A DNA stretch of 46,114 nucleotides from an uncultured Bacteroidales bacterium (GCA_964438935.1 CAYTNC010000002.1:1-46114), one strand, 5' to 3'; positions 17,889 through 27,525 are shown, counted from the first letter of the stretch. Program-made: numbers and translations. Notes: generated from the sequence alone by a model not told the origin.

Positions 17889-18130
17889 GCCGGTCACTAT
17901 TGACCATAGTGTTGATTATTTACCCAAAGAATTTGAAAAACTGGGTGATTCAATTTTTATCAATACAAGTATACAGGCTATTTTATTTATCTGTTTTCAG
18001 CCAGATTTTTAACAAAAAACAACATAACATTATCATTTCATTAACGCGGACTTGAAATAATTTGGCATATTTTCGGTAATTCTATCTTAAAATATTAACT
18101 GTCCTTCTATTAATAAAAACATCAAAACTT

Positions 18131-18844
18131 ATGAAAAAACCCAGGACTATTGTATTGGCATTTCTATTAACTATTTTATGCAATGTGTATTCACAGAATG
18201 AAGGTGTTAGAATAGGTATCGTAGGAGAAAAATTTTCAGATTTTACTTTAAAAACATACCAGGGAGGTCAGGTATCTACAGGTGAACTTCGTGGGAAAAA
18301 CATTTTGCTGATTTCTTCCAGGGGAAAATACAATGACAGCTACTGGTGTGGTATCTGCTTTTATCAGTATGCTGAACTGGCTGATCTGGAACTCACACAA
18401 AAAATCCGTGAAAAATACAACCTGGAGATTCTGTTCCTGCTGCCCTATAACAGGGATACACTTAAAAGCTGGGAGAAAAATTTCGCGGGAGGATTGGCTT
18501 ATATTGAAAAAGGTAAGAATCCGGCTGATCCGGAGAAATTATCAGATGCCCAGATAGAATGGATGAATTATACCCGCAGGCATTTTCCAAAAACGCTCTT
18601 ATATAATGACGGGAAAATACCCTTGCCATTGCCCGTTTTAATTGATGATCAGCAGCAAGTATCAAACGGATTGGATATATTGAGAACTGAGTGGGACGGT
18701 ACTAAAACGCTTCAGAATGTACCGGCAGTTTACCTCATCGATAAGGATGGTATACTCAGGTTTAAATACCTGAGTCAGTCAACAACTGACCGGCCAACGG
18801 CGGCATATATTCTGAACGTGATTGAGACCATGCTGGATAAATAA
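18131..18844 (+). CDS. secreted thioredoxin-fold (redoxin/AhpC-TSA-like) protein
   Basis: It has the signal peptide MKKPRTIVLAFLLTILCNVYSQ, a CxxC motif (WCGIC) after a beta-strand (KNILLISS), and a typical C-terminal VPAVYLIDKDGILRF. Confidence 0.7.
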   Translation: MKKPRTIVLAFLLTILCNVYSQNEGVRIGIVGEKFSDFTLKTYQGGQVSTGELRGKNILLISSRGKYNDSYWCGICFYQYAELADLELTQKIREKYNLEILFLLPYNRDTLKSWEKNFAGGLAYIEKGKNPADPEKLSDAQIEWMNYTRRHFPKTLLYNDGKIPLPLPVLIDDQQQVSNGLDILRTEWDGTKTLQNVPAVYLIDKDGILRFKYLSQSTTDRPTAAYILNVIETMLDK

Positions 18845-18996
18845 CATTCCGGCCGGAAATGCCGGCATATAAAGAAGTTCATATTCTCTGCAGGCATGAT
18901 TTCAGGTGGTATAATTCAGCATAACGAGCGTCGTCGAAGAGTCATATTATAATTATTAGTCCCTGTTTCAACTACGCCCGATAGCGTGTAAATTAT

Positions 18997-19024
18997 AAAA
19001 GCCTGACCCATGAGTCAGGCTTTT
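18997..19024. terminator. bidirectional intrinsic terminator between convergent genes
   Basis: AAAA-GCCTGAC-CCATGA-GTCAGGC-TTTT. The 7-bp GC-rich stem is flanked by an A-run and a T-run. Confidence 0.65.
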
Positions 19025-19039
19025 AATCATTTACTTTTT

Positions 19040-20458
19040 CTACTGCAACTTGGCAGCGCCAAAAAACTTAGGTGTGCGGGTCATTGTGCAGTTTGCTGAA
19101 TCGCCGGATACATCAAAAATCATAAATTCAGGAACCGCGGTTGTATAAGGGGTCCACATCCCCTCTTCCGGACCGTTTGGATTACCAAATTTTACAAAAT
19201 TGGTCCAATAATCAACAATTTTAAGACTCAACGCATCATCAGCTTTTGTAAAGGGCCTCCAGCTATGCCTTAGTGAATGAAAAACATACCATAGATCAGA
19301 TGAGTGAAAAGCACCTGTTGAGTCACCCGGAAGTTGACGTGAAAACAAATAGGCATAGGCAGGCTTGTCGCTTTCTTTTTCGCGCAACAGGCAGAAATCT
19401 GCAACAGCAGCTGTCATGTCGAACATATCATTGGCAGTAAACCCGAAAATATAAGGAATGTCGGCAATTTCATTTTTGCGTGCCAATTCACTAAACGTTC
19501 CGTTTAGGAAATAATTGTCGATAACAGGTCCCAAAGACATGCGTTTCTTAGTTGTGTCTGCATATTCCTTTGACATTTGTGTAAGTTCATCAAATGAAAG
19601 GGTACGCATATCCTTAAGCGCAGTTTTTCCATAAAAATCCATCATGGCTTTGTTGGCTAATTGGGCCGTGTCCAGGGGTACACCAGGTCTTCTGTCGCTC
19701 AATCCGCCACCACTCATGCTGATTGCCTTGCTTATGAGTCCTTTGGTTTGTGGTGAAGCACATAATGACTGAACACTCCCTGCTCCGGCACTCTGACCAA
19801 AGATTGTGATGTTATTGGGGTCGCCGCCAAACTGTACTATGTTGTTGCGAATCCATTTCAGCGCAGCAGCCTGGTCCATTAATCCATAGTTACCTGAAAC
19901 ACCATTGGGGCTTTCTTCTGAAAGCAGAGGGTGAGAAAAGAATCCCAGCACGCCCAGACGGTAAGTTACGGATACAAAGACGACACCCCTTGATGCCCAG
20001 TCTTCTCCACCATCCATTTCCGGTTCAAAACCAAAACCTTCGCGATAGCCACCACCATGTATCCACATGGCAACCGGAAGTTTTTTATTGGTTTGGCCGG
20101 ATGCAGAGGTCCATACATTCAGGTACAAACAATCTTCATCAAAAGGAACCGAACCGCTGGCGCGCCATTCCCGTCCATAAAAACTATTGGGATCCCAGGT
20201 TACCTGCATGGCAGCAGGGCCAAAAGAGTCGGCTGTCATGATGCCTTCCCAGGGAATAACCGGTTGTGGCTCTTTCCAACGCAGATCGCCTACAGGGGTT
20301 GCTGCAAAAGGAATACCTTTGTATGCAATAACTCCTTCCGTTGCGGTTTTCACTCCGGTTACCTTACCCCCCTCAATGGTGAGTACCGGATTTGAATGAT
20401 CACATGAACTCATGACCAACGCAATGAGTATTAGGTTAAAAATCAGGAATTTTTTCAT
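19040..20458 (-). CDS. type-B carboxylesterase/lipase family lipoprotein
   Basis: It has a lipoprotein signal (LIALVMSSC), EDCLYLNVW, and the signature FGGDPNNITIFGQSAGAGSV (GxSxG). Confidence 0.88.
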   Translation of the reverse strand: MKKFLIFNLILIALVMSSCDHSNPVLTIEGGKVTGVKTATEGVIAYKGIPFAATPVGDLRWKEPQPVIPWEGIMTADSFGPAAMQVTWDPNSFYGREWRASGSVPFDEDCLYLNVWTSASGQTNKKLPVAMWIHGGGYREGFGFEPEMDGGEDWASRGVVFVSVTYRLGVLGFFSHPLLSEESPNGVSGNYGLMDQAAALKWIRNNIVQFGGDPNNITIFGQSAGAGSVQSLCASPQTKGLISKAISMSGGGLSDRRPGVPLDTAQLANKAMMDFYGKTALKDMRTLSFDELTQMSKEYADTTKKRMSLGPVIDNYFLNGTFSELARKNEIADIPYIFGFTANDMFDMTAAVADFCLLREKESDKPAYAYLFSRQLPGDSTGAFHSSDLWYVFHSLRHSWRPFTKADDALSLKIVDYWTNFVKFGNPNGPEEGMWTPYTTAVPEFMIFDVSGDSANCTMTRTPKFFGAAKLQ

Positions 20459-20833
20459 AATAATTTCGGATGTTAAGTGATAAATAAGGAATTAGTAACA
20501 ATAAATATATTGAAAAAAAATATGAGTTGGCCGATAGCCGGAAATATATGTTTTCCATAATCCGGTTATGTCAACCTTAAAGTGTCTATTAATAAAGGCA
20601 TCTTAAATGTAAATAATTGATTATTTTTGCTGAATCAAAATCACCCAAGATGCTTTACAACCTCAGGTTATATTATTTTATGAACATTCCTTACAGGAAG
20701 TTTACCTGGGCATCAATCCTGAATCTTATTTGCATACGTATGCTATAGGAGTTAGCTCCTGTTAGCAACTTTTCATTCACCAGCCGGTTTACTTACCGGC
20801 CATCCTGTTTATAATCCATTAAACTTTTATGCC

Positions 20834-21943
20834 ATGCTACACCAAATAGTAAGAAAGGATACCAGCCTGCTTTTTTCAACCCCAATTGTTCAGCAAACAG
20901 CGTTTTGGTCGCTGGTAAAAAGAAACCTGGGCTTATCTTCATTCGCTGTTGAATTTAAACCTTACAAGGATTTTTGTGAACGCGATTGGAAGAATCGTTC
21001 AGATATGCTGGTAATTTTGAGGTTTCTCGATAGTAACCATGCCATTGCCCATGTACCTTACGGTCCCGAATTGGAACCGCGGGAAGAGTATCAGGGTTCA
21101 TTTTTGGAAGAATTGTCGGAATGCCTTCGTTCTTATCTGCCAAAGCAGTGTCTCATGATCCGTTATGAATTATGCTGGGAATCGTATTGGGCCAAAGGTG
21201 AAGATAATTACGACCATCAGGGCAATTGGAAAGGAGAACCTGAAGTGTTTGCACAGGAATTCAGGTTTAATTATTCCACAGTTAAAAAAAACTTCAGAAA
21301 GGCTCATGGGAACAGTCTGCCATCAAGTACCATTTACATTAACCTGTTGCGCGAACGCCAGAGCATCTTAAATAGCATGAAACCTAAGACCAGGTATAAT
21401 ATAAGGCTGGCTGAAAAAAGAGGTGTCAACGTTAAGCTTGCCGGCCCGGAAAGTCTTGATACATGGTATAACCTGTATCGTGAATCATCAACCCGCAACC
21501 GTTTTGTGTTGCACGATAAGCGATATTTCGAATCGCTAATGCAAGCCAACGCCGATGATACCCTGTCACCTGCAAAGGTAAAGCTACTGGTTGCCGAATA
21601 TCAGAACAAACCTTTGGCTGCTATGTTCCTGGTAATTTCACATGATCGGGGAACCTTTATGTATGGTGCATCCTCATCAGATCACCGCAATCTGATGCCT
21701 TCCTATGCATTGCAGTGGAAAGCCATTTCAACCTGTAAAGAATGGGGCTGTAAATCATATGACATGTTTGGCGTGGCACCTGGCCCCACAAGGTCACACC
21801 CTTTATATGGTTTGTATAAATTTAAGACCGGATTCGGAGGCAATATATACCACAGTTTAGGTAGCTGGGATTATCCGCTTAACCAGAAAAAATACAACAT
21901 ATTCAGGGCGCATGAGTTGAATACATTGGGATTCCATCAATAA
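20834..21943 (+). CDS. FemAB-family aminoacyl-tRNA-dependent peptidyltransferase-like protein
   Basis: 369 aa with VQQTAFWSLVK (compare the FLQS..W..FK motif), KTRYNIRLAEKRGV, and a C-terminal LYKFKTGFGG, all typical of FemX/FemAB-like proteins. Confidence 0.7.
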   Translation: MLHQIVRKDTSLLFSTPIVQQTAFWSLVKRNLGLSSFAVEFKPYKDFCERDWKNRSDMLVILRFLDSNHAIAHVPYGPELEPREEYQGSFLEELSECLRSYLPKQCLMIRYELCWESYWAKGEDNYDHQGNWKGEPEVFAQEFRFNYSTVKKNFRKAHGNSLPSSTIYINLLRERQSILNSMKPKTRYNIRLAEKRGVNVKLAGPESLDTWYNLYRESSTRNRFVLHDKRYFESLMQANADDTLSPAKVKLLVAEYQNKPLAAMFLVISHDRGTFMYGASSSDHRNLMPSYALQWKAISTCKEWGCKSYDMFGVAPGPTRSHPLYGLYKFKTGFGGNIYHSLGSWDYPLNQKKYNIFRAHELNTLGFHQ

Positions 21944-21981
21944 GTGTCTGGTTCAACAACTTTCTAAGCTAAATACGCTGC

Positions 21982-23877
21982 TTACCTGATCGATGCAAAC
22001 CGGATAATAAAGCTGGTTCCTTTACCTTCCGAACTGTTCACCTGGATGGAACCCTTATTCATTTTAACAAATTCATGAACAAGACTCAGCCCCAGCCCAA
22101 CGCCCTTTTCCTTATCGGTTCCGAAAGTGCTCTTGTTTTCCCTGAATTCAAACAACCAGGGTAGCTTATCATCCGGAATACCCACACCATTGTCGGCCAC
22201 CACAATTTCTGCCATACCTTCACTGGTAAGGCTTGTAGTAATGCTCACCATACCGTTGGCCTTGGTAAACTTCAGCGCATTACTTACCAGATTTCGGATG
22301 ATCATCATCATGCTGTTCCGGTCTCCCGAAATACATAAATTATCGTGGAGCTTCAGACTGATGCGGATATCCTTTAAAACCGCTATAGTGGAAAACAGTC
22401 TGACTACTTCAGTGATCAATTCTTTTGTGTCTATTTCCGTTTCGTTGTATGGAAATTTTCCCTGTTGGTTCTGAGCCCAGTTCAGCAGGTTCTCAAGGAG
22501 CCCTGTCAGCGAGAAAACAGTCTGATCGATATAGTCGGTGATTTCATGAAGCAAGGCCTTGTTGTTGTGCTCCATGCTTTCCCTGATCAGGTGTGAAATT
22601 CCAGCGATGGAACTGATAGGGCCCCTGAGGTCATGCGAAACAACTGAAAAGAATTTATCCTTGATGCGATTGAGTTCCCTAAGCTCAGTACTTTGGTTTT
22701 CAAGCAGAGTTTTTCGTTCCCTAAGGTCATCTGTTAGTTTCCGCAACCTTTTCAGGTTCCGGTAATACATGATGATGAGCCACCCTGCCAGCAACAGAAT
22801 GAGGGCAAGGCTAGCAATTACAATCAGTTGAATGGTCCTGTTTTTTTGAAGCACATCAACTTCAGCCTGTTTTTTGGCAACTTCGAACCCGGTTCGCAGA
22901 TCAGCCATTTTCTGTACATTCTCGATATTTTTTATGCTGTCGTTCTTGCTGATGTAAAGCGACAGGAAATGGCATGCACTATCGTACATGCCTGAAACCC
23001 TATACAATTGAGCCAGACGGTAAGCAGCATCACGTTCCAGTTCGAGTATGCCGTTTGTTGAAGCTTTTTGAAAACCAGACCTGGCGTAATTGAGCGCTTC
23101 CGGCATTTTTCCTTTATGTTGAAGCACCGAAGCATATTCGATCATATACTCGGCAACTGCATATTCATCTCCCTGAAGTTGAAGCATTTCAATTGCTTTC
23201 AGCAGGTGGTCCTCAGCCAGGTCGAATTCAGACATCCGGGAATATACCAGTCCTGAATTTCCAAGTGTATAGGCATATTCCTGGAAATATTCAAGTTGCC
23301 GGTAAATTTCCCCTGTTTTCTTAAACAGCACCAGCGCGCTGTCGTATTGCCCTGTTATGTAACAGGAATACCCCAGGTTATGTAGTGCCGAAGCCAGGTT
23401 AACGGTATCCTTTTCACGTGTAAAAATCTCAATTGCCTTTTTAAGGTAGAGCCGCTCATTGTCATGGTTTCCCTGCATGCTGTATGTTTGGGAGATATAG
23501 GTGTATGCAGTTGCAAGTCCGGTAAAATGATCTAATTTCTCGTATTCACCGGCAGCATCCATAAAGCATTTTAGGGCAGCAGCAAGCCTGCCTGAATTCA
23601 AGTATCCGATGCCCTTATAGGAAAATGCACGGGCCGGGCTTTTGCCCAGTTTAGCTGCAAGCTGTAGCGCCTGTTCACTGTATTTAATAATGGTATCGGC
23701 ATTCGATGAAACGGAAGCTATTTGGCAAAGCGCATCATATTTCAGGTTTTCATCTTCCGACGGATTCGCGTTAACAACATGCAAAAGGCTATCCACAACG
23801 TGGTTCTGCCACGCATACAGAGGTTTTATTGCAGTAATGATTGCAATAAGTGAAATAACCAGGTAACGACGGATCAT
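21982..23877 (-). CDS. TPR-sensor histidine kinase (orphan)
   Basis: It has a signal/TM segment, about 300 aa of TPR repeats, a second TM segment (LIVIASLALILLLAGWLIIMYY), a coiled coil, the H-box SHDLRGPIS, and the HATPase motifs DNGVGIP and GVGLGLSLV. No response regulator gene is adjacent. Confidence 0.88.
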   Translation of the reverse strand: MIRRYLVISLIAIITAIKPLYAWQNHVVDSLLHVVNANPSEDENLKYDALCQIASVSSNADTIIKYSEQALQLAAKLGKSPARAFSYKGIGYLNSGRLAAALKCFMDAAGEYEKLDHFTGLATAYTYISQTYSMQGNHDNERLYLKKAIEIFTREKDTVNLASALHNLGYSCYITGQYDSALVLFKKTGEIYRQLEYFQEYAYTLGNSGLVYSRMSEFDLAEDHLLKAIEMLQLQGDEYAVAEYMIEYASVLQHKGKMPEALNYARSGFQKASTNGILELERDAAYRLAQLYRVSGMYDSACHFLSLYISKNDSIKNIENVQKMADLRTGFEVAKKQAEVDVLQKNRTIQLIVIASLALILLLAGWLIIMYYRNLKRLRKLTDDLRERKTLLENQSTELRELNRIKDKFFSVVSHDLRGPISSIAGISHLIRESMEHNNKALLHEITDYIDQTVFSLTGLLENLLNWAQNQQGKFPYNETEIDTKELITEVVRLFSTIAVLKDIRISLKLHDNLCISGDRNSMMMIIRNLVSNALKFTKANGMVSITTSLTSEGMAEIVVADNGVGIPDDKLPWLFEFRENKSTFGTDKEKGVGLGLSLVHEFVKMNKGSIQVNSSEGKGTSFIIRFASIR

Positions 23878-24245
23878 TATGGAATATCAGGCGGTTTGAT
23901 TTTGATATAGGGATCTATGCTGTACTTTTCGCCCTGTTCAGAGATGTATTCGATTAAGTACTCCTCTTCTCCCCTGGCCTCTTTTGAAAGTTGTAGGAAA
24001 AAGCCCCTGCAAAGCAGTCGTTTTTTAGGCTCAGCAGTGAAAATATTGCCTTTGCCTGATTTTGACCGGATGGAAACAATGGTTTTGATTCCACTGCAGA
24101 AATCGGGTCGCCAAACAATTTTTGCTCCTGCCGGTACTTCGGTAACCAGGTTATTGATCGCACCGTAACGGTTTGAATCAAACAGGGCCAGTGCTTCCCT
24201 GCCCCCGGCTTTTACCGAGCGCAGATAAACATAAACGGTTGTCAT
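23877..24245 (-). CDS. hypothetical 122-aa protein, translationally coupled to the histidine kinase
   Basis: Its TAA overlaps the kinase ATG by 1 nt (TAATG). I see no signal peptide and recognise no motif. The composition looks beta-rich. Confidence 0.55.
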   Translation of the reverse strand: MTTVYVYLRSVKAGGREALALFDSNRYGAINNLVTEVPAGAKIVWRPDFCSGIKTIVSIRSKSGKGNIFTAEPKKRLLCRGFFLQLSKEARGEEEYLIEYISEQGEKYSIDPYIKIKPPDIP

Positions 24246-24346
24246 GATTTGGGTTTATGGGTTGTGTTAACTTCAAATTCGAATCAATTGGGCAACAACT
24301 AAGTTAGCCAAAGAATTCCTAATAAAACGCAAATGCAGGTGAAATC

Positions 24347-25981
24347 TTATGCCTTCCTGATTTCGTCTTTAATTCTTTGGATGTGCCCGCGGCCCAGTCC
24401 CTTTACTTCACAGCCCAACAGGAAATACTTCCTGATGTCGTCATCGGAGAGTATGCCAAAGCAGTCAATGATAGCCGCAGGTTGCCCTATGTATTTCACC
24501 ACCTCTTCGGGTGTCAGCTTCAGGTATTCCTGGTGTCTGACAGCAAAAATAACGGCCTCGGCACCTTTCAGCGCTTTTTTAAGATCCTTTTCAACACGCA
24601 GGTCCTTAAGCTTCTCCTGATTTCGGAAGAATCGCGCCTTGCTCTGTCCCACATCGGGGTAAGAATCCTGTTGCTCAAACTCCCACCAGTGGTCCACATA
24701 AGGATCATGCACCCTGATTTCGGCACCCATTTCCGTGAGTTTTCTGATCACAATTTCCGAGCCGCTGTAGCGGGTATCTCCCACATCTTCGCGATAGGCA
24801 GCCCCGAGAATTAAAACATCTGCGGAAGCCACCGGACGACCCATGTTCCTGAGCGCATCCCGGGTTAACTGGCCTACATGCATGCCGCGGGTATCGTTGA
24901 TGTCAATGGCCATGGGGGTAATCTTAAAAATCTTATCATCGAAACCCAATATGTGTTTGTAAGACCATACGCCCAGGCCACCGTCTTTGGGCAGGCAATA
25001 ACCACCCACGCCCGGACCGGGGAAGATGATATTGCTGTGCGTGGGTCGCACTTTTATGGCTTTGATTACCTTGATCAGGTCAACTCCGTTGCGCTCGGCA
25101 TAAAGGCTCCATTCATCCAGAAAAGCAAGTATGGTAGCGCGATAGCTATTCTCAACTATTTTGGCTGTTTCCGATTCAATCGGCCTGTCCATCACAGTAA
25201 GCGGGAATTTTTTGGTATTGAGCACCTCGTTGAGGAACTTCACAACCCGCTTTTTTGCCTCTTCATTGATGCCGCTGCACACCCGCCAGAAATCGCGGAT
25301 GCTGGCAACATAATCGCGACCAGGCATCACCCGCTCATAACTGTGGGCAAGCAAGGGATCGCTTTTAATTCCTCTTTGCCTGAATGCCTTTTTCATAATA
25401 GGATAAGCCACTTGTTCGGTGGTTCCGGGGGCTACAGTGGTTTCAATCAGTACAAGAGCGTTAGGAGGAATACGTTCGGCAATGACGCTGATTGAGGCTT
25501 CAAGTGCAGCCATATCTGTTTGCCCGGTTCTGACATTCCCTAAATCTTTCTTAATATAGTCGCATTGCACATCAACCACCACCACATCGGCCAGTTTTAG
25601 CACCTCATAGGTGTAAGTAGCCATTAGTGTCTTTTTAACCTTAACACAGCGCTCAATCATGGGGTCAACTTCGGGATCTTCTGCCTTAACGGGAGACACA
25701 CCACGGTTAAGTAGCTGAATCTTCCAGTAGCTTCTCACACTGGGTCGTTGCATACCAATTACAAACTTGCCCGGCTTGCCTTCAGCATTCACTGTATCGG
25801 CAACAATGGCAGCCATCACGGCCCCAACAAATCCCAGGCCCATAACAACTACTATTTCACGATTTTCAGCCCGTTCTTTTTCAACACGCTTTTTAAGTTG
25901 CTCAAATTCAAGTTGATAATCTTCAGGCTTGGGTAACGGAAACTTCTCTCCGCTTGGACTGATAGAAACTTTATCATTCAT
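24347..25981 (-). CDS. nucleotide-sugar dehydrogenase (UDP-glucose/GDP-mannose dehydrogenase family) with N- and C-terminal extensions
   Basis: It has the Rossmann motif VVVMGLGFVGAVMAA and the catalytic-Cys motif GGYCLPKD. At 544 aa it is longer than the roughly 420-450 aa I recall for the family. Confidence 0.85.
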   Translation of the reverse strand: MNDKVSISPSGEKFPLPKPEDYQLEFEQLKKRVEKERAENREIVVVMGLGFVGAVMAAIVADTVNAEGKPGKFVIGMQRPSVRSYWKIQLLNRGVSPVKAEDPEVDPMIERCVKVKKTLMATYTYEVLKLADVVVVDVQCDYIKKDLGNVRTGQTDMAALEASISVIAERIPPNALVLIETTVAPGTTEQVAYPIMKKAFRQRGIKSDPLLAHSYERVMPGRDYVASIRDFWRVCSGINEEAKKRVVKFLNEVLNTKKFPLTVMDRPIESETAKIVENSYRATILAFLDEWSLYAERNGVDLIKVIKAIKVRPTHSNIIFPGPGVGGYCLPKDGGLGVWSYKHILGFDDKIFKITPMAIDINDTRGMHVGQLTRDALRNMGRPVASADVLILGAAYREDVGDTRYSGSEIVIRKLTEMGAEIRVHDPYVDHWWEFEQQDSYPDVGQSKARFFRNQEKLKDLRVEKDLKKALKGAEAVIFAVRHQEYLKLTPEEVVKYIGQPAAIIDCFGILSDDDIRKYFLLGCEVKGLGRGHIQRIKDEIRKA

Positions 25982-26111
25982 GATATTACAGAGTTTATTG
26001 TTTCAGGTAATTTTTATTTATTAACTTTCAGATTAGCGAATAAATTTACAAATTTTGTAATGTAAAGCAAGTTTATCTTCAATCATCACAAATTTTAAAA
26101 AACTTACAATC

Positions 26112-26831
26112 ATGAAAAACCTGTCCGTCTTAACATCCCTGCTTCTGTCACTATTCATTTGTTCGTGCGGAAACACCCAATTGTTGCAGGATCTGTCGAA
26201 AGCTATGGGTACACCAACCGGCAGTTACACCGAAAGTGAAGCTGCTCAGGGTATCAGGGAAGCATTGATTAAGGGAACCAACGAGGGCGTCAGCATTGTG
26301 TCGGTAATTGACGGGTATTTTAAAAATACAGAAATCAAAATTCCTTTTCCACCTGAAGCCGCCAACATAGAAAATAAATTAAGGGCTGTTGGACTTGGAG
26401 CCCAGGTTGACAAAGCAATTCTCTCCATTAACCGTGCTGCCGAAGATGCTGCAAAAGAAGCCAAACCCATTTTTGTTTCTGCCATCACCAGCATGACCAT
26501 AATGGATGCCATAAACATAGTTAAAGGTCAGAATAACGCAGCCACGCAATATTTGCAAAAGACTACCTCGTTGCAGCTCAACGACAAGTTCAAACCTGTG
26601 ATCCGGAATTCGCTGGATAAGGTAAATGCCACCAAATACTGGAGTGAACTCATCACTACCTATAATAAGATACCACTGGTTGAAAAAATGAATCCCGACC
26701 TGGCAGCCTATGTTACCGAAAAGGCTATTGGTGGTTTGTTCGTGATGATTGCCAAGGAAGAGCTGAAGATAAGAAAAGATCCTGTGGCCCGCACCACTGA
26801 AATACTCAGAAAGGTATTCGGCAGCAATTAG
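26112..26831 (+). CDS. DUF4197-like lipoprotein
   Basis: It has a lipoprotein signal (LLLSLFICSC). The pattern EAAQGIREALIKG....IKIPFPPE...L...G matches my recollection of DUF4197 proteins. Confidence 0.6.
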   Translation: MKNLSVLTSLLLSLFICSCGNTQLLQDLSKAMGTPTGSYTESEAAQGIREALIKGTNEGVSIVSVIDGYFKNTEIKIPFPPEAANIENKLRAVGLGAQVDKAILSINRAAEDAAKEAKPIFVSAITSMTIMDAINIVKGQNNAATQYLQKTTSLQLNDKFKPVIRNSLDKVNATKYWSELITTYNKIPLVEKMNPDLAAYVTEKAIGGLFVMIAKEELKIRKDPVARTTEILRKVFGSN

Positions 26832-26853
26832 GTTATTTCAATTCAGGAGGGTC

Positions 26854-26881
26854 AAAAAAAAAGGTCGCCAAAATGGCGACC
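26854..26881 (-). terminator. intrinsic terminator of csp copy 1 (may also stop the convergent + strand gene)
   Basis: On the - strand it reads GGTCGCCA-TTT-TGGCGACC followed by T9. Confidence 0.8.
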
Positions 26882-26912
26882 TCAACTGAATGCTGGTATA
26901 TTGAATTTACAA

Positions 26913-27104
26913 TTATGCCAATTTAACGTTTACCGCGTTCAATCCTTTGCGACCCTGTTGAAGTTCAAATGTAACTTCATCATCTTCACTGACTTTGTCG
27001 ATCAGTCCGCTGACGTGCACAAAATGCTCTTCATTGGTGTCATTGTCTTTAATAAATCCGAATCCTTTTGATTCATTGAAAAATTTTACTTTTCCTTCTT
27101 TCAT
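26913..27104 (-). CDS. cold-shock protein (CspA family), copy 1
   Basis: 63 aa, MKEGKVKFFNESKGFGFIKD...FVHVSGL, containing the RNP1/RNP2-like motifs. I trimmed the track ORF (to 27140) to the Met that matches the paralog at 38734..38925. Confidence 0.9.
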   Translation of the reverse strand: MKEGKVKFFNESKGFGFIKDNDTNEEHFVHVSGLIDKVSEDDEVTFELQQGRKGLNAVNVKLA

Positions 27105-27137
27105 AATGGTAATAAATAATAAATAAAATAATGGGTG

Positions 27138-27145
27138 CAAAAGTA
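27138..27145 (-). promoter_or_regulatory. candidate -7 promoter box TACTTTTG for csp copy 1
   Basis: The reverse complement matches TAnnTTTG. It lies 34 nt upstream of the ATG. Confidence 0.4.
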
Positions 27146-27242
27146 TATAAAATAATTTACATATGATAAAATATAGTCTGATTGTTTTACATTATTGTCC
27201 AGGTAAAATTTTTCAAATTATATATAGGCCAATATTTATTGC

Positions 27243-27398
27243 GTCCCTACGGGACTTTAAGAGTTGAGAAATAGCTTTTCTTTTCTACCCATATTTGGTT
27301 TCCCGCAAAAGAGGGACAGGCTCTAACGGAACCGTCCCGTAGGGACATCATATTGGTAGATAAAGGATTAACATATAAAGTTAAGTCCCGTATGGGAC
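27243..27398. repeat. three GC-rich mini-hairpins GTCCC-N3/4-GGGAC in an AT-rich spacer
   Basis: GTCCCTACGGGAC at 27243..27255, GTCCCGTAGGGAC at 27334..27346 and GTCCCGTATGGGAC at 27385..27398. A weaker TCCC-N8-GGGA lies at 27301..27316. Confidence 0.7.
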
Positions 27399-27525
27399 GA
27401 TATAAATTTTTGCCGGACAATAGGGCTTGTTTTACTAAAAAAGAGAGGAATTAAGTAACCTCCTGCAAATAAAACCTGTATAATCGCTCAACAACCTGAA
27501 GCCTGCCATAAGAAAAAGTGTAATC

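Noticed and set aside
16509-17932. The 10-mer CCCAAAGAAT flanks the hydrolase-CAT pair (16512..16521 and 17924..17933), which could be target-site or att-like direct repeats
   Set aside because: An exact 10-mer match is expected many times by chance in 46 kb. No transposase, integrase or terminal inverted repeats accompany it.
24878-25495. 205-aa + strand ORF (and the 145-aa ORF at 24377..24814) antisense to the nucleotide-sugar dehydrogenase gene
   Set aside because: The - strand frame carries clear family motifs (GLGFVGAVMAA, GGYCLPKD) over 544 aa. The + strand translations have no motifs and look like mirror-frame artefacts.
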